A stretch of DNA of 64,000 nucleotides from an uncultured Acidobacteriota bacterium (lineage in GTDB: Bacteria; Acidobacteriota; Terriglobia; UBA7540). Position 1 is the stretch's first letter. Each line of letters starts with the position of its first letter. The DNA lies in assembly GCA_963804995.1 (NCBI GenBank), contig CAWDSK010000005.1, positions 960,001-1,024,000 of the forward strand, given 5' to 3'. A program made the position numbers and the translations under genes. The notes beneath the pieces are model-generated. The model made no database searches and was not told the DNA's origin. It saw only the letters and a list, made by a program, of their open reading frames with translations. Shown here piece by piece: positions 1 to 8,605 of this stretch.

Positions 1-2
1 TG

Positions 3-254
3 CGTGGGCGTCGTTACGAAACTTACTGGCATCGTGAGGAGAAAGGTGAGTGGGCGCAGCACGCAGGTTTGCCGCGGCGCGATGAGGACTGGCAGACTCT
101 GCACGCCTGGGTGGTGCGCAAAGTGTTTTTGCCGAACGCCCGCGGTCTTGCCAAACCGGGATTCGTTCGTGAGGTTGAGCGTATCTTTTCCGAACTCTAT
201 CCGCTTTATATGTTCACCTCCGATGCCAAAATCCGGTGGGACAAGGGTCGCTAG
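3..254 (+). CDS. C-terminal part of a hypothetical protein (possibly DUF2461-like), truncated by the window edge
   Basis: Frame open from base 3 to TAG at 252-254; ends ...GFVREVERIFSELYPLYMFTS. Confidence 0.45.
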   Translation, partial: RGRRYETYWHREEKGEWAQHAGLPRRDEDWQTLHAWVVRKVFLPNARGLAKPGFVREVERIFSELYPLYMFTSDAKIRWDKGR

Positions 255-670
255 GCCTCTCTACGGGTAACAATTGGGACATCCGGGGCCTGACCAATCC
301 GCCTAGTCGGGCATTTTGTGGGGCAGGTTATGGTGGGACAAAGCTGGGACGGCCTTGCTGAGATTCGGACTCTATGGCGTGGCTGGCGGGGTCGGCAGGA
401 TCAATTCCAGAGTCAGAGGCGGAATCTCAGACCTGGGAATCTGGTAGTGTCCTAGTTTGGAAAAATGCCCCACGTGCCCCCTCACCCGTCCCGCCCCGGC
501 TGATGAATACGCCGGCGGCGGTCCACCCTCTCCCCTCGGAGAGGGCTGTTATTCACGGTGGGGTGCTCCATCGGCATATGCAGAAGATAGGTCTCCAATT
601 CGGCCAGTGGGCGCTTCGATATAACTTTCCCGTGGCCGGAACTACCCTGAAATAATAGCCTTCTCCCCAG

Positions 671-2375
671 GAGCTTGTGACTTTTTGGGTCACCAGTGAG
701 GGGGGATGGGTGGGGGGAGGAGGCAGAAAATCGGGAGCGGAGGTACGGAGAGAGAAAAAAGCTGGCGGTTGGGTCGGTACTTGTATTAATATAAATGTTA
801 TGGACAACGTTTTACATTCAGATGATTTTAAATTAGGAATGGAACCGGCGGTAGGTCAGGAAGCGGAAGGAAAGGAAGAGAAGGGCGCGAAGGGGGCAGC
901 AGAGCGGCGCGGGGCGGTGCGTTTGCGCCGGCCGGAGCGCCAGCAGATGGCCTGGGTGGCGCAATGTCCGGACGATCTGGTGGGGCCGGGGCACGGGGTG
1001 CGGCGGGTGGCGGCGGTGGTGGAGCGCTTGGACTTAGCGGCGTTCCGCCTGCCGATCAAGGCGCGGGAAGGAGGGGCTGGACGGGACGCGACCGATCCCC
1101 AGCTTTTAGTGTCGCTGTGGTTATACGCCTGTGTGCGGGGCATCGGTGCGGCGCGCGAACTGGCGCGGCAGTGCCAGGAGCATGCGGCCTTTCGCTGGCT
1201 GTGCGGAGGGGTGACGGTGAACCACCGTTTGCTGTCGGACTTTCGCACCGATCACGCCGAGGCCTTGGACACCCTGTTCACGCAAGTGATCGCTGCTCTG
1301 GTGGATAAAGGAGTGGTGAAGGTCAGCCGCATCAGCCAGGACGGAATGCGGGTGCGGGTGGGGGCGGGGAAGAAGAGTTTTCGGCGGGAAAGGCGGCTGG
1401 AGGAACTGCTGGGGGAAGCGGAACGGCACGTGGCGGAGTTGAGACGGCAACTGGAGTCGCCGGAAGGAGCGGGGCTGAGCGCGCGGCAAGCGGCGGCGCG
1501 GAAGCGGGCGGCGCAGGAGCGGCAGAAACGCCTGCAGGAGGCGATTGCGCAACTGCCGGAGCTGCAACGCCGGCACACCGCAAGGGTAAAGCGGACGGGG
1601 GGAAAACGGGGCCAGGAGATTGCGGCGCAGCCTCCGCGGGTGAGCACGACGGATGCGGAAGCGCGCATCATGAAGATGCCCAACGGGGGCTACGACCCGG
1701 CGGTGAATGTGCAGTTGGCGGCGGACCCGGAGAGCCGCGCCATTGTGGGGGTGGAGGTGAGCGCGGAAGGTTCGGACTCGGGAGGACTGAGCGCGCCGCT
1801 GCGGGAACAGGTGGAACAGCGCACGGGCGGGAAGGTGGAAGAGCACTTGTTGGACGGCGGGTACCTGCGCAAGGAAGACTTGGAAGCGGCACACGCGCAG
1901 GGCGTGGCGCTGTTCATCCCGCCGCACACGGCGCAAAATCGTCAGAAGCGGGGGAAGGAACTGGAGCCCCAGAAGGGCGACAGCGAGGCCGTACGAGAGT
2001 GGAAGCAACGCATGAAAAGTGAGGAGGGAAAGAAAATCTATCAGCAGAGAGCGGCGACGAGTGAAACCGTCAACGCCGACTTGCGCACCTATCGCGGTTT
2101 GGGCCGCATCCTGGTGCGCGGGCTGGCCAAGGCACGCTGCGTGGCACTGTGGTGCGCCCTGGCTTACAACGTGATGCACTTCGCGCCCCTGTTGCTGGGC
2201 TAACCAAGCCCTGCCCAGCCGTACCGGGCACGGGTGTAGGGCGGATTCCCCCGGTACTCCTTGCCGCGCGGCACCGCTCCACCGGCCAAGGGGAGCCCTC
2301 TCGCGCACTTCCCAAGCTGCCCACTACCTGACCCGCCCCACCGCGTAACGGTGGCTTCGAAAAAGTCACAAGCTC
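671..2375 (+). mobile_element. IS1182-family insertion sequence
   Basis: 16-bp IRs GAGCTTGTGACTTTTT (671-686 and 2360-2375); CAG duplicated at 668-670 and 2376-2378; target is the loop of hairpin CCTTCTCCC-CAG-GGGAGAAGG. Confidence 0.85.
800..2203 (+). CDS. IS1182-family DDE transposase
   Basis: DUF772-like N-terminus (P..LL.LWLYA...G...AR.L), QDG, TTDAEAR, LDGGY and Y..R....E motifs; ATG at 800 chosen within the 677 ORF. Confidence 0.9.
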   Translation: MDNVLHSDDFKLGMEPAVGQEAEGKEEKGAKGAAERRGAVRLRRPERQQMAWVAQCPDDLVGPGHGVRRVAAVVERLDLAAFRLPIKAREGGAGRDATDPQLLVSLWLYACVRGIGAARELARQCQEHAAFRWLCGGVTVNHRLLSDFRTDHAEALDTLFTQVIAALVDKGVVKVSRISQDGMRVRVGAGKKSFRRERRLEELLGEAERHVAELRRQLESPEGAGLSARQAAARKRAAQERQKRLQEAIAQLPELQRRHTARVKRTGGKRGQEIAAQPPRVSTTDAEARIMKMPNGGYDPAVNVQLAADPESRAIVGVEVSAEGSDSGGLSAPLREQVEQRTGGKVEEHLLDGGYLRKEDLEAAHAQGVALFIPPHTAQNRQKRGKELEPQKGDSEAVREWKQRMKSEEGKKIYQQRAATSETVNADLRTYRGLGRILVRGLAKARCVALWCALAYNVMHFAPLLLG

Positions 2376-2651
2376 CAGGGGAGAAGGTGGCTGACGTAGG
2401 AGGCCGGATGAGGGGTTACTTACACACTCAGGGCGTCGAAACAAGTTACAACCTATAAATTCAAAAACCATTAGCCCGGCGCTACGTCAAACTAGGACAC
2501 TACCGGGAATCTGTGAGGATTGTAGTAGGGTCTATCGGCCCCGAAGTGTCAAGGGCTATACACCACGGCCGGGCGCAGGCAGGGCAGAACTGAACTCAAG
2601 CTCGACCAGACTTCCTCCGGACGCCGCGGATTCAGCGGAACTCCATCTCGA

Positions 2652-4070
2652 CTAAACTTCTTCTGGAACGACATACGGCGCGCGATAGGTGCCTCGCAGC
2701 ATTTTATTAGCTTCCTCGTCGCCGATGACCTGTTCAGTTTCCGGATCAAACTTCAGCGTCCGTCCGAGGCGATACGAGGTATTAGCCAGATGGATTAGAG
2801 CGCAGGAGATATAGCCTTCCTCGATCGGAGCATTCTGTTCTTCCGGCTTCCGGCTGCGCACGCAATTGATAAAGTTCTGCCAATTATTTCCTTCCCGCGA
2901 GCTGCTGGGCCCGCGCTCCTGATCCTCACCGAGCCAGGTGCGATAGGACGGGAATTCCTCGTTGGACATGGCCATATAGCCCTTCGATCCGTAGAAGATA
3001 TTCCCGACGGAGCCGTTGACCCGGTAGCGTCGCGAGCGGGAAGGATTTCTGGGCGGAGGCCCGAGGAATCCCGGAATGTCGATTCCGAATCCCAGCGACC
3101 CGATGCCCGCCTCCTGATTGGTAATCCAGTGGCGCACTTCAAATTCCAGAATCTTGGGCTTGCCCCCGGGCTGATTGAATTCGAAGGCGGCGTTGAGAGT
3201 ATTGGGAACTTCCTGGTCGTCATCGAACATGAAGTGTCCGCCCATGGCCGAAATCTTGTTGGGGAATTTCACGCCCAGCCCCCAACGGGCCACATCGATC
3301 TGGTGGGCGCCCTGGTTGCCGATATCGCCGTTGCCGGTATCCCAGAACCAATGCCAATTGTAGTGGAACCGGTTACGCGTGAACTCGTGGAGGGGAGAGG
3401 GGCCGGTCCAGAGATCGTAGTTCACGCCCGCCGGAACGGGTTCAACCGGGGCGTGCCCGATGGTATCGCGATCGTTGAAGCAGAGGCCACGCGCCAGATA
3501 GACGTCGCCGATCAGCCCCTCGCGCAGTTTTTGGATGCCCTCGATCACGGCGCCGGCGGAGCGGTTATTGGTTCCATGCTGCACGATGCGGTTGTATTTC
3601 TTGGTAGCCCGAACCAGTTGCCGCCCTTCCCACAAATAATGGCAGCAGGGCTTTTCGATGTAGCAATCCTTGCCGGCCTGGCAGGCCCAGATGCCCATCA
3701 GGCTGTGCCAATGATTGGGTGTGCCGAGGGAAATGGCGTCGATCGAGGAGTCTTCGAGGAGTTTGCGGATGTCGACGTAGGTTTTGGGCGTTGGCAGGGC
3801 CATGAGGTCCATGTCCGCCAGGCGCCCGCGCATAATGTTATCATCCACATCGCACAAGGCCGCGACTTCCACATTCGGCATGCGCGAGTACTGCTCCACG
3901 GCCGTAAAACCCTGTCCACGCACCCCGACTACCCCGACGCGTACGCGGTCGTTCGCGCCAAAGACCCGTTGGGGTTCGGTAATAAAGCTGATTCCCGCGA
4001 AGGCCGCGGCGCCGGCGGCAGCGATTCCCTTCGTGATCTGGTCCGTCCCCTGCTTTTTTTCTCCTGACAT
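2652..4070 (-). CDS. Gfo/Idh/MocA family oxidoreductase
   Basis: GANDRVRVGVVGVRGQG Rossmann start, TPNHWH, YIEKP, GDIGNQGAHQID. Confidence 0.92.
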   Translation of the reverse strand: MSGEKKQGTDQITKGIAAAGAAAFAGISFITEPQRVFGANDRVRVGVVGVRGQGFTAVEQYSRMPNVEVAALCDVDDNIMRGRLADMDLMALPTPKTYVDIRKLLEDSSIDAISLGTPNHWHSLMGIWACQAGKDCYIEKPCCHYLWEGRQLVRATKKYNRIVQHGTNNRSAGAVIEGIQKLREGLIGDVYLARGLCFNDRDTIGHAPVEPVPAGVNYDLWTGPSPLHEFTRNRFHYNWHWFWDTGNGDIGNQGAHQIDVARWGLGVKFPNKISAMGGHFMFDDDQEVPNTLNAAFEFNQPGGKPKILEFEVRHWITNQEAGIGSLGFGIDIPGFLGPPPRNPSRSRRYRVNGSVGNIFYGSKGYMAMSNEEFPSYRTWLGEDQERGPSSSREGNNWQNFINCVRSRKPEEQNAPIEEGYISCALIHLANTSYRLGRTLKFDPETEQVIGDEEANKMLRGTYRAPYVVPEEV

Positions 4071-4214
4071 AATGCCTACCCTTCGTGATGGATGATATCG
4101 AACCGCCTTCTACACCTCGGCGTAAATGAGGAATACAAATTATGAACAAAGAAAGGGGATGTCAAGGGGATTAAATCCCTGGTAGTGATTCAATTTGAGG
4201 TGCCACGGGCGTCC

Positions 4215-4342
4215 GAAGGTGTAAAAAAATACCATTTTCACCGCTGAGACGCTGAGACGCAGAGAAATGACCCTTTGTTTTCAAACCTCTGCGCCTCCGC
4301 GTCTCCGCAGTAAAAGGTTTGATGGGATTTTTTCACAGCTTC
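4215..4342. mobile_element. 128-bp MITE (family M1) inserted in a REP hairpin loop
   Basis: Termini GAAGGTGTAAAAAAAT / ATTTTTTCACAGCTTC; TCC duplicated on both sides; near-identical copy at 52921-53048. Confidence 0.8.
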
Positions 4343-4450
4343 TCCCGCCCGTGTCCAGTCACGGCCAAGACCCCGATGGATCGGGGCAGGTCGGTTGGGG
4401 GATTGGGCCATCGGTCCATGGGTTCATCAGCACAAGGTGAAGATGCATAG

Positions 4451-4519
4451 CCCTCTCCGAGGGGAGAGGGTGGCGCGCTGCCGGCGCTTTTACCAGCCGG
4501 GGCGCGCCGGGTGAGGGGG
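4451..4519. repeat. REP-like palindrome family CCCTCTCC..GGAGAGGG...GGGTGAGGGG
   Basis: Related copies at about 478-547, 31920-31989, 41695-41762, 48070-48141 and 62719-62791. Confidence 0.75.
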
Positions 4520-4547
4520 CAAGCGGTTAGTTCCGGGGTACTCAATT

Positions 4548-4800
4548 TGCCTCATCCTTGGCGTCGATTCCACCGATAACCGAAGTGGGGCAGTGTGGCA
4601 CGGCGGGGGCAGGTGTCGGTTTGGGGATCGGAGCGTCGGCTCATCGATCCCTCGATTCGTCGGCTGATCCGCTCATCGAGTCATGGCGTGATCTCGCGAT
4701 CTGGCGATTGCGTGATTGTGAACCCACTGCCGATTTTTGGGCTCATGTCCCCGTGCCAACCTACCGATTACCGATACGGGGCAGTGTGTCACGGCGGGGT
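4548..4800. repeat. Two copies of a ~37-bp motif ACCGATAACCGAT.CGGG..AGTGTGTCACGGCGGGG separated by short tandem repeats
   Basis: Copies at 4573 and 4763; same motif at 63242, 63390 and 63724. Confidence 0.7.
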
Positions 4801-5011
4801 TAGGGGGACGAGGGGTTCGGGCTAGGGATTCGGAGTTCGGGATTCGGGGCGGGGCGAGAGGAGCTAGGAGGAGTCAGGAGCTAGGAGTTAGGAGTCAGTA
4901 GCCCAAACCCTAACCCTAACCCTAACCCTAACCCCTAGGCCCCCTGTCCCATCTGTCAGCTGTCGGCCGTTAGCTATCACTTGCCATCTGTCTGCTGTGA
5001 GCTGTCGGCTT

Positions 5012-5192
5012 GTAGCGCGGGTGTCCCCACCCGCGCTTTACGTGTCTCGTTGCCTCGGAGACGCGGGTGAGGACACCCGCGCTACAAGCGATCTGATAGC
5101 TGAGAGCTGAAAGCTGAAAGCTTTTCCTCAGCACCATGCCTCATCCCGATTGACCACATGCAGTTGCCGCTGGGGTATCGGGCAGAGAAGCC
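5012..5192. repeat. Repeat unit B1: GTAG-REPIN followed by a RAYT-like 3' tail
   Basis: GTAGCGCGGGTGTCCCCACCCGCG...CGCGGGTGAGGACACCCGCGCTAC (5012-5085), then a tail shared with B2 and B3. Confidence 0.85.
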
Positions 5193-5200
5193 CCTCGCCC

Positions 5201-5229
5201 TTGACTCGCCGTGCATACAAATGCATGCT
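5201..5229 (+). promoter_or_regulatory. Putative sigma70 promoter with overlapping operator for brnTA
   Basis: TTGACT-17 bp-CATGCT with an imperfect palindrome GCATACAAATGCATGC across it. Confidence 0.45.
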
Positions 5230-5235
5230 CAGTAA

Positions 5236-5301
5236 ATGGAGATCGTCTGGGACCGCGCCAAAGCGAGGCAAAACGTGGCGAAGCACGGCGTGCGGTTTTA
5301 A
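5236..5301 (+). pseudogene. brnT: Truncated BrnT-family toxin (21 codons)
   Basis: MEIVWDRAKARQNVAKHGVRF* matches the BrnT N-terminal WD..K...N..KHG..F motif; lies directly upstream of brnA. Confidence 0.8.
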
Positions 5302-5303
5302 GC

Positions 5304-5558
5304 ATGAAAACCTACGAATTCAGTAAAGGAAAACGCGGACCGGTGCTGCCCGTGCCACCCGGCAAGGAACGCATCACCATTCGCCTGGACACCGACATTC
5401 TGGAATATTTCCGGGACGCGGTGGAGAGCGCCGGGGGCGGTAATTATCAAACCTTGATCAACAACGCGCTGCGCGCCTATATCGAGGGTGGACAGAAGCC
5501 CTCAATCGAGGAAACGCTCCGGCGGGTGATCCGCGAGGAACTGCGGACCGCGCCCTGA
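5304..5558 (+). CDS. brnA: BrnA-family antitoxin
   Basis: KERITIRLDTDILEYFR...GGNYQTLINNALR ribbon-helix-helix signature. Confidence 0.88.
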   Translation: MKTYEFSKGKRGPVLPVPPGKERITIRLDTDILEYFRDAVESAGGGNYQTLINNALRAYIEGGQKPSIEETLRRVIREELRTAP

Positions 5559-5680
5559 GGGGGCGGGATTGGGGAGCTGGGGGCCGGGATACGGGGCTCG
5601 GGATACGGGATTTGGCGATCCTGAATCTAGAATCTCAAATCTGGAATCGAAACTCGGAACTGGCTGTCGGCTGTGAGCTT

Positions 5681-5875
5681 GTAGCGCGGGTGTCCCCACC
5701 CGCGTCGAATCCGGGTGTTCCCACCCGCGCTTTACGTGTCTCGTCACCTCGAAGACGCGGGTGAGGACACCCGCGCTACAACCAATCTGATCGCTGAAAG
5801 CTTCTCTCCAGCACCATGCCTCAACCAGATTGACCACATGCGTTTGCCACGGGGTGCAGGGCATGAGAAAAGCCC
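5681..5875. repeat. Repeat unit B2: REPIN followed by a RAYT-like tail
   Basis: Direct repeat of B1 with an extra partial REP at 5711-5729. Confidence 0.85.
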
Positions 5876-5976
5876 CTGGTCACGACGCCACTGAACGTGG
5901 CTTTTAGCTACCCGCGTATTCCCTGTTTGCGTGCTTAGCCAGTCTGCGATATCCTCTCGCCCCGAGACACGCTCCT

Positions 5977-6237
5977 ATGCCTGAGACCGACAAAATTCTC
6001 ATCCAGGTTTTGCGCGGACAGTCCGACGCCAACCTGCGCTTTGCGGACCTCAGAGGATTACTTCAGCGGCTGGGCTTCGTTGAGCGAATTCGCGGCAGTC
6101 ATCACATCTTCTGGAAAGAGGGCGTCGAAGAAATTCTAAACCTCCAGCCCAAGGGGGGCAAAGCCAAACCCTATCAGGTGAAGCAGGTCCGGCATGTTAT
6201 ACTCAAGTACAAGTTGGGAGGCGGTTTAGATGCCTAA
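5977..6237 (+). CDS. hicA: HicA-family toxin
   Basis: LGFVERIRGSHHIF...NLQP...AKPYQVKQV. Confidence 0.9.
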   Translation: MPETDKILIQVLRGQSDANLRFADLRGLLQRLGFVERIRGSHHIFWKEGVEEILNLQPKGGKAKPYQVKQVRHVILKYKLGGGLDA

Positions 6238-6439
6238 GTACGAAGTCATCATCTATTGGAGCGAGGAGGACAAGGCCTTCATCGCCGAAGTGCCGGAACT
6301 TCCCGGCTGTGCGGCCGATGGCAAGACCTATCGGGAAGCCCTCGCCAACGTAGAAGTGGTCATCCAGGAATGGATCGAAACCGCCCAGGAACTCGGCCGC
6401 TCCGTCCCCGCCCCCAAGGGCCGATTGGTGTTTGCCTAA
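6230..6439 (+). CDS. hicB: HicB-family antitoxin (short form)
   Basis: YWSEED.AFIAEVPELPGC.ADG.TY.EAL; overlaps the hicA stop. Confidence 0.9.
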   Translation: MPKYEVIIYWSEEDKAFIAEVPELPGCAADGKTYREALANVEVVIQEWIETAQELGRSVPAPKGRLVFA

Positions 6440-6620
6440 CTGGCCCGGTTGACTTTCAAATTGCTTCTTTCCGTTCTTGATAACTTAAAACTGACAACTA
6501 AAGACCTTTTTCTGCTGTCGGCTGGTAGCTTGTAGCGCGGGTGTCCCTACCCGCCCTTTACGTGTTTCGTCACCTCGAAGACGCGGGTGAGGACACCCGC
6601 GCCTGGAGTTTCTACATTTA

Positions 6621-8000
6621 TTATGCATCAGCGGCGTGGGTGAGGGCGCGGTCGGTGAGTTGGAAGCCCAGAGATTGGGGACATTCCGGGTGGTCGACCA
6701 TTTCTTGGCGCAGCAGGGTGACGAGGTCGAGGCAGGAAGGGCGGTGGGCCTTGCGTCGCCACCGGGGCAGAGCCTGATAGGCCGTGCCACGCTCGGTGCC
6801 GAAGGCTTGGAGAGAAGCCAGGAGCAGCGCGCTGTAGGCGGCCACGACCAGGGCAGGTTGCTTGGGCACGGCGTTAACGTTCCATAACTGGGCTTGTCCG
6901 ACACCCAGCGTCTCCTTCTCGTCGCGGTGGTTGACTTCGATCTGCCAGCGGTCGAAGTAGATTTGCAGCAACTGAGGGGCAGAGTGCCGCAGGTCGGTGG
7001 TCAGCAGGTAGGCCGGTTGACGGTAGTAGAGTCTGGAGCTCTTCCGTTTGCGATAGGGGGTAGGAGCCACGACGAAGAGCCGCAGGGGGATCTGGCCGGC
7101 GCCCCGACGCCAGTAGACTTGCGACACCTCTTTATAACGGAGGCGGCGGCGCTTGCCTCCGTAGAAGAGCTTGGTTTGCTGCCAGAGGTGGGACTCGTCC
7201 TGCCGGACCTGTTCGGGGGTAAAGGTGGAGAGGGCGTAAAAGCGGCGAGAAGGCTGGGGAGCGCGAAAGCCGAGGCGCGCATCCTTGCGGGCGCGGGCGA
7301 TCAACTCGGTGCGATCGCGGGGGGCGCGCAGACAGGTGCGGTTGCAGAAGCTGCCATCCAGAGCCAGCACCAGCAGCTTGGCCCCACCCCCGGCCGCATC
7401 CAGCGCCTGGCGCAAGGGGGCCACGCTCTGCACAAAACGCTGCGAGAGGTTGTGGAGCTTGCGCATCCTTTTATATTCCTGCCAGGCTTCCTCTTTCGCC
7501 TTGCGGGAGGGCTTTTTCAGCGGCGCCGCCTCTTCAAAGCGCACGGGCAGAGCGCGGCAGCTGGCGGGGGCGTACCGATGCAGGGGCAGCAGCAGGGAAG
7601 CTTGCAGAAAGCGCACGCCGCGCAGGAGGTTGACATGAAAGGGGGGCGAGAGGGGATCGCGGTGATAACGCGCCTGGGGAATGGCGCGGCCGGTCTTGCG
7701 CAGGCGGGTGTCGTCGACGGCCACGCCCACCAGGCGGCCGGGACAATAGGGCAAGGCGCGGCGCCAGACGCCGGCAAACAACGTCTGCGGTTCCCAGTGA
7801 CAACGCGAGTGGAGAAAGTATTCGCTCGACCAACTGCGCTGCTGGCGGCCCTGGGTCCAGAGGATACGCGAAAGACAGCGTCGACCCACGCAGACCAAGG
7901 CGCCCAGGGCCTGGCGCACGGCGCGCTGCAGGGTGCGCTGCTGGGGAAAAGTGGGGGCCCAGTCCGCCACGATCTCCGACCAGGCGGCGAACAGAGTCAT
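6621..8000 (-). CDS. DDE transposase, IS4 superfamily (IS701-like)
   Basis: VAVDDT, LALDGSF and Y..RWQIE......K (YREK) motifs; stop codon abuts the IR. Confidence 0.88.
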   Translation of the reverse strand: MTLFAAWSEIVADWAPTFPQQRTLQRAVRQALGALVCVGRRCLSRILWTQGRQQRSWSSEYFLHSRCHWEPQTLFAGVWRRALPYCPGRLVGVAVDDTRLRKTGRAIPQARYHRDPLSPPFHVNLLRGVRFLQASLLLPLHRYAPASCRALPVRFEEAAPLKKPSRKAKEEAWQEYKRMRKLHNLSQRFVQSVAPLRQALDAAGGGAKLLVLALDGSFCNRTCLRAPRDRTELIARARKDARLGFRAPQPSRRFYALSTFTPEQVRQDESHLWQQTKLFYGGKRRRLRYKEVSQVYWRRGAGQIPLRLFVVAPTPYRKRKSSRLYYRQPAYLLTTDLRHSAPQLLQIYFDRWQIEVNHRDEKETLGVGQAQLWNVNAVPKQPALVVAAYSALLLASLQAFGTERGTAYQALPRWRRKAHRPSCLDLVTLLRQEMVDHPECPQSLGFQLTDRALTHAADA

Positions 8001-8332
8001 CGGGCCTCCGGACGTAAGCCGAAAGTGTTCTTCCCGGTACGCAGGAAGCGATCGCCGCGGGCGACTTTTTTGGTCAGCGAAGAGACCAGGCTCTCGCGAT
8101 CGACGGTGACGTAGAAGGCGGCGCGGAGGCGCGCCAGGAGTTCGGAAATGTGCAAGGGGGTACGGGCCTTCTTGAGTATGTCGTACGCCATGTCCACTTG
8201 GGACAGACCTGTGCGGCGCGGCCTCGGGGCGGGGGCTGGGGAACCGCCGCGGAGACGGCGAACCGCCCGCAACTGGGCATCCAGTGAGGCCTCGAATATC
8301 GAAAGAATGGAATCCTTGAGATCGTCAGGCAA
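7997..8332 (-). CDS. Small winged-helix protein (HARE-HTH-like), IS accessory gene
   Basis: AYDILKKARTPLHISELL...FLRTGKNTFGL; GGAGG upstream of the TTG start; ATGA overlap with the transposase start; lies inside the IRs. Confidence 0.75.
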   Translation of the reverse strand: MPDDLKDSILSIFEASLDAQLRAVRRLRGGSPAPAPRPRRTGLSQVDMAYDILKKARTPLHISELLARLRAAFYVTVDRESLVSSLTKKVARGDRFLRTGKNTFGLRPEAR

Positions 8333-8605
8333 GTTAACCTCCGGAGCCAGGACTCAGGAGGAAGGTAACGGAAATCAGGTCGGTCTGTCAATAGAAATAT
8401 TACTTTGCCAGACCTAAATGTAGAAACTCCAGACGCGGGTGAGGACACCCGCGCTACAACCAATCTGATCGCTGAAAGCTTCTCTCCAGCACCATGCCTC
8501 ATCCAGATTGACCACCTGCGTTTGCCACGGGGGCATTGGCATAAGAAAAGCCTATAGTCACAACTATGCGGACGGTCGACCGCTAATCAATCTTTGCCGC
8601 GGAAT

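Larger units (their letters stand above)
443..2504. mobile_element. Non-autonomous MITE (about 350 bp without the nested IS) carrying REP hairpins
   Basis: Perfect 17-bp terminal IRs GGTAGTGTCCTAGTTTG (443-459 and 2488-2504); 8-bp direct repeat GGGAATCT at 435-442 and 2505-2512. Confidence 0.85.
6603..8432 (-). mobile_element. Two-gene IS4/IS701-like insertion sequence inserted in repeat unit B3 (6532-8553)
   Basis: Perfect 18-bp IRs CTGGAGTTTCTACATTTA (6603-6620 and 8415-8432); 22-bp direct repeat ACGCGGGTGAGGACACCCGCGC at 6581-6602 and 8433-8454. Confidence 0.9.

Noticed and set aside
1121..2308. Long antisense ORFs (also 6894-8114, 25396-26520, 41956-43161, 45945-47063, 61351-62514 and others)
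   Set aside because: They are shadows of well-supported genes on the opposite strand, as expected in GC-rich DNA.
4908..4931. Eukaryotic telomere contamination
   Set aside because: Only four units, embedded in bacterial short tandem repeats with continuous flanks.
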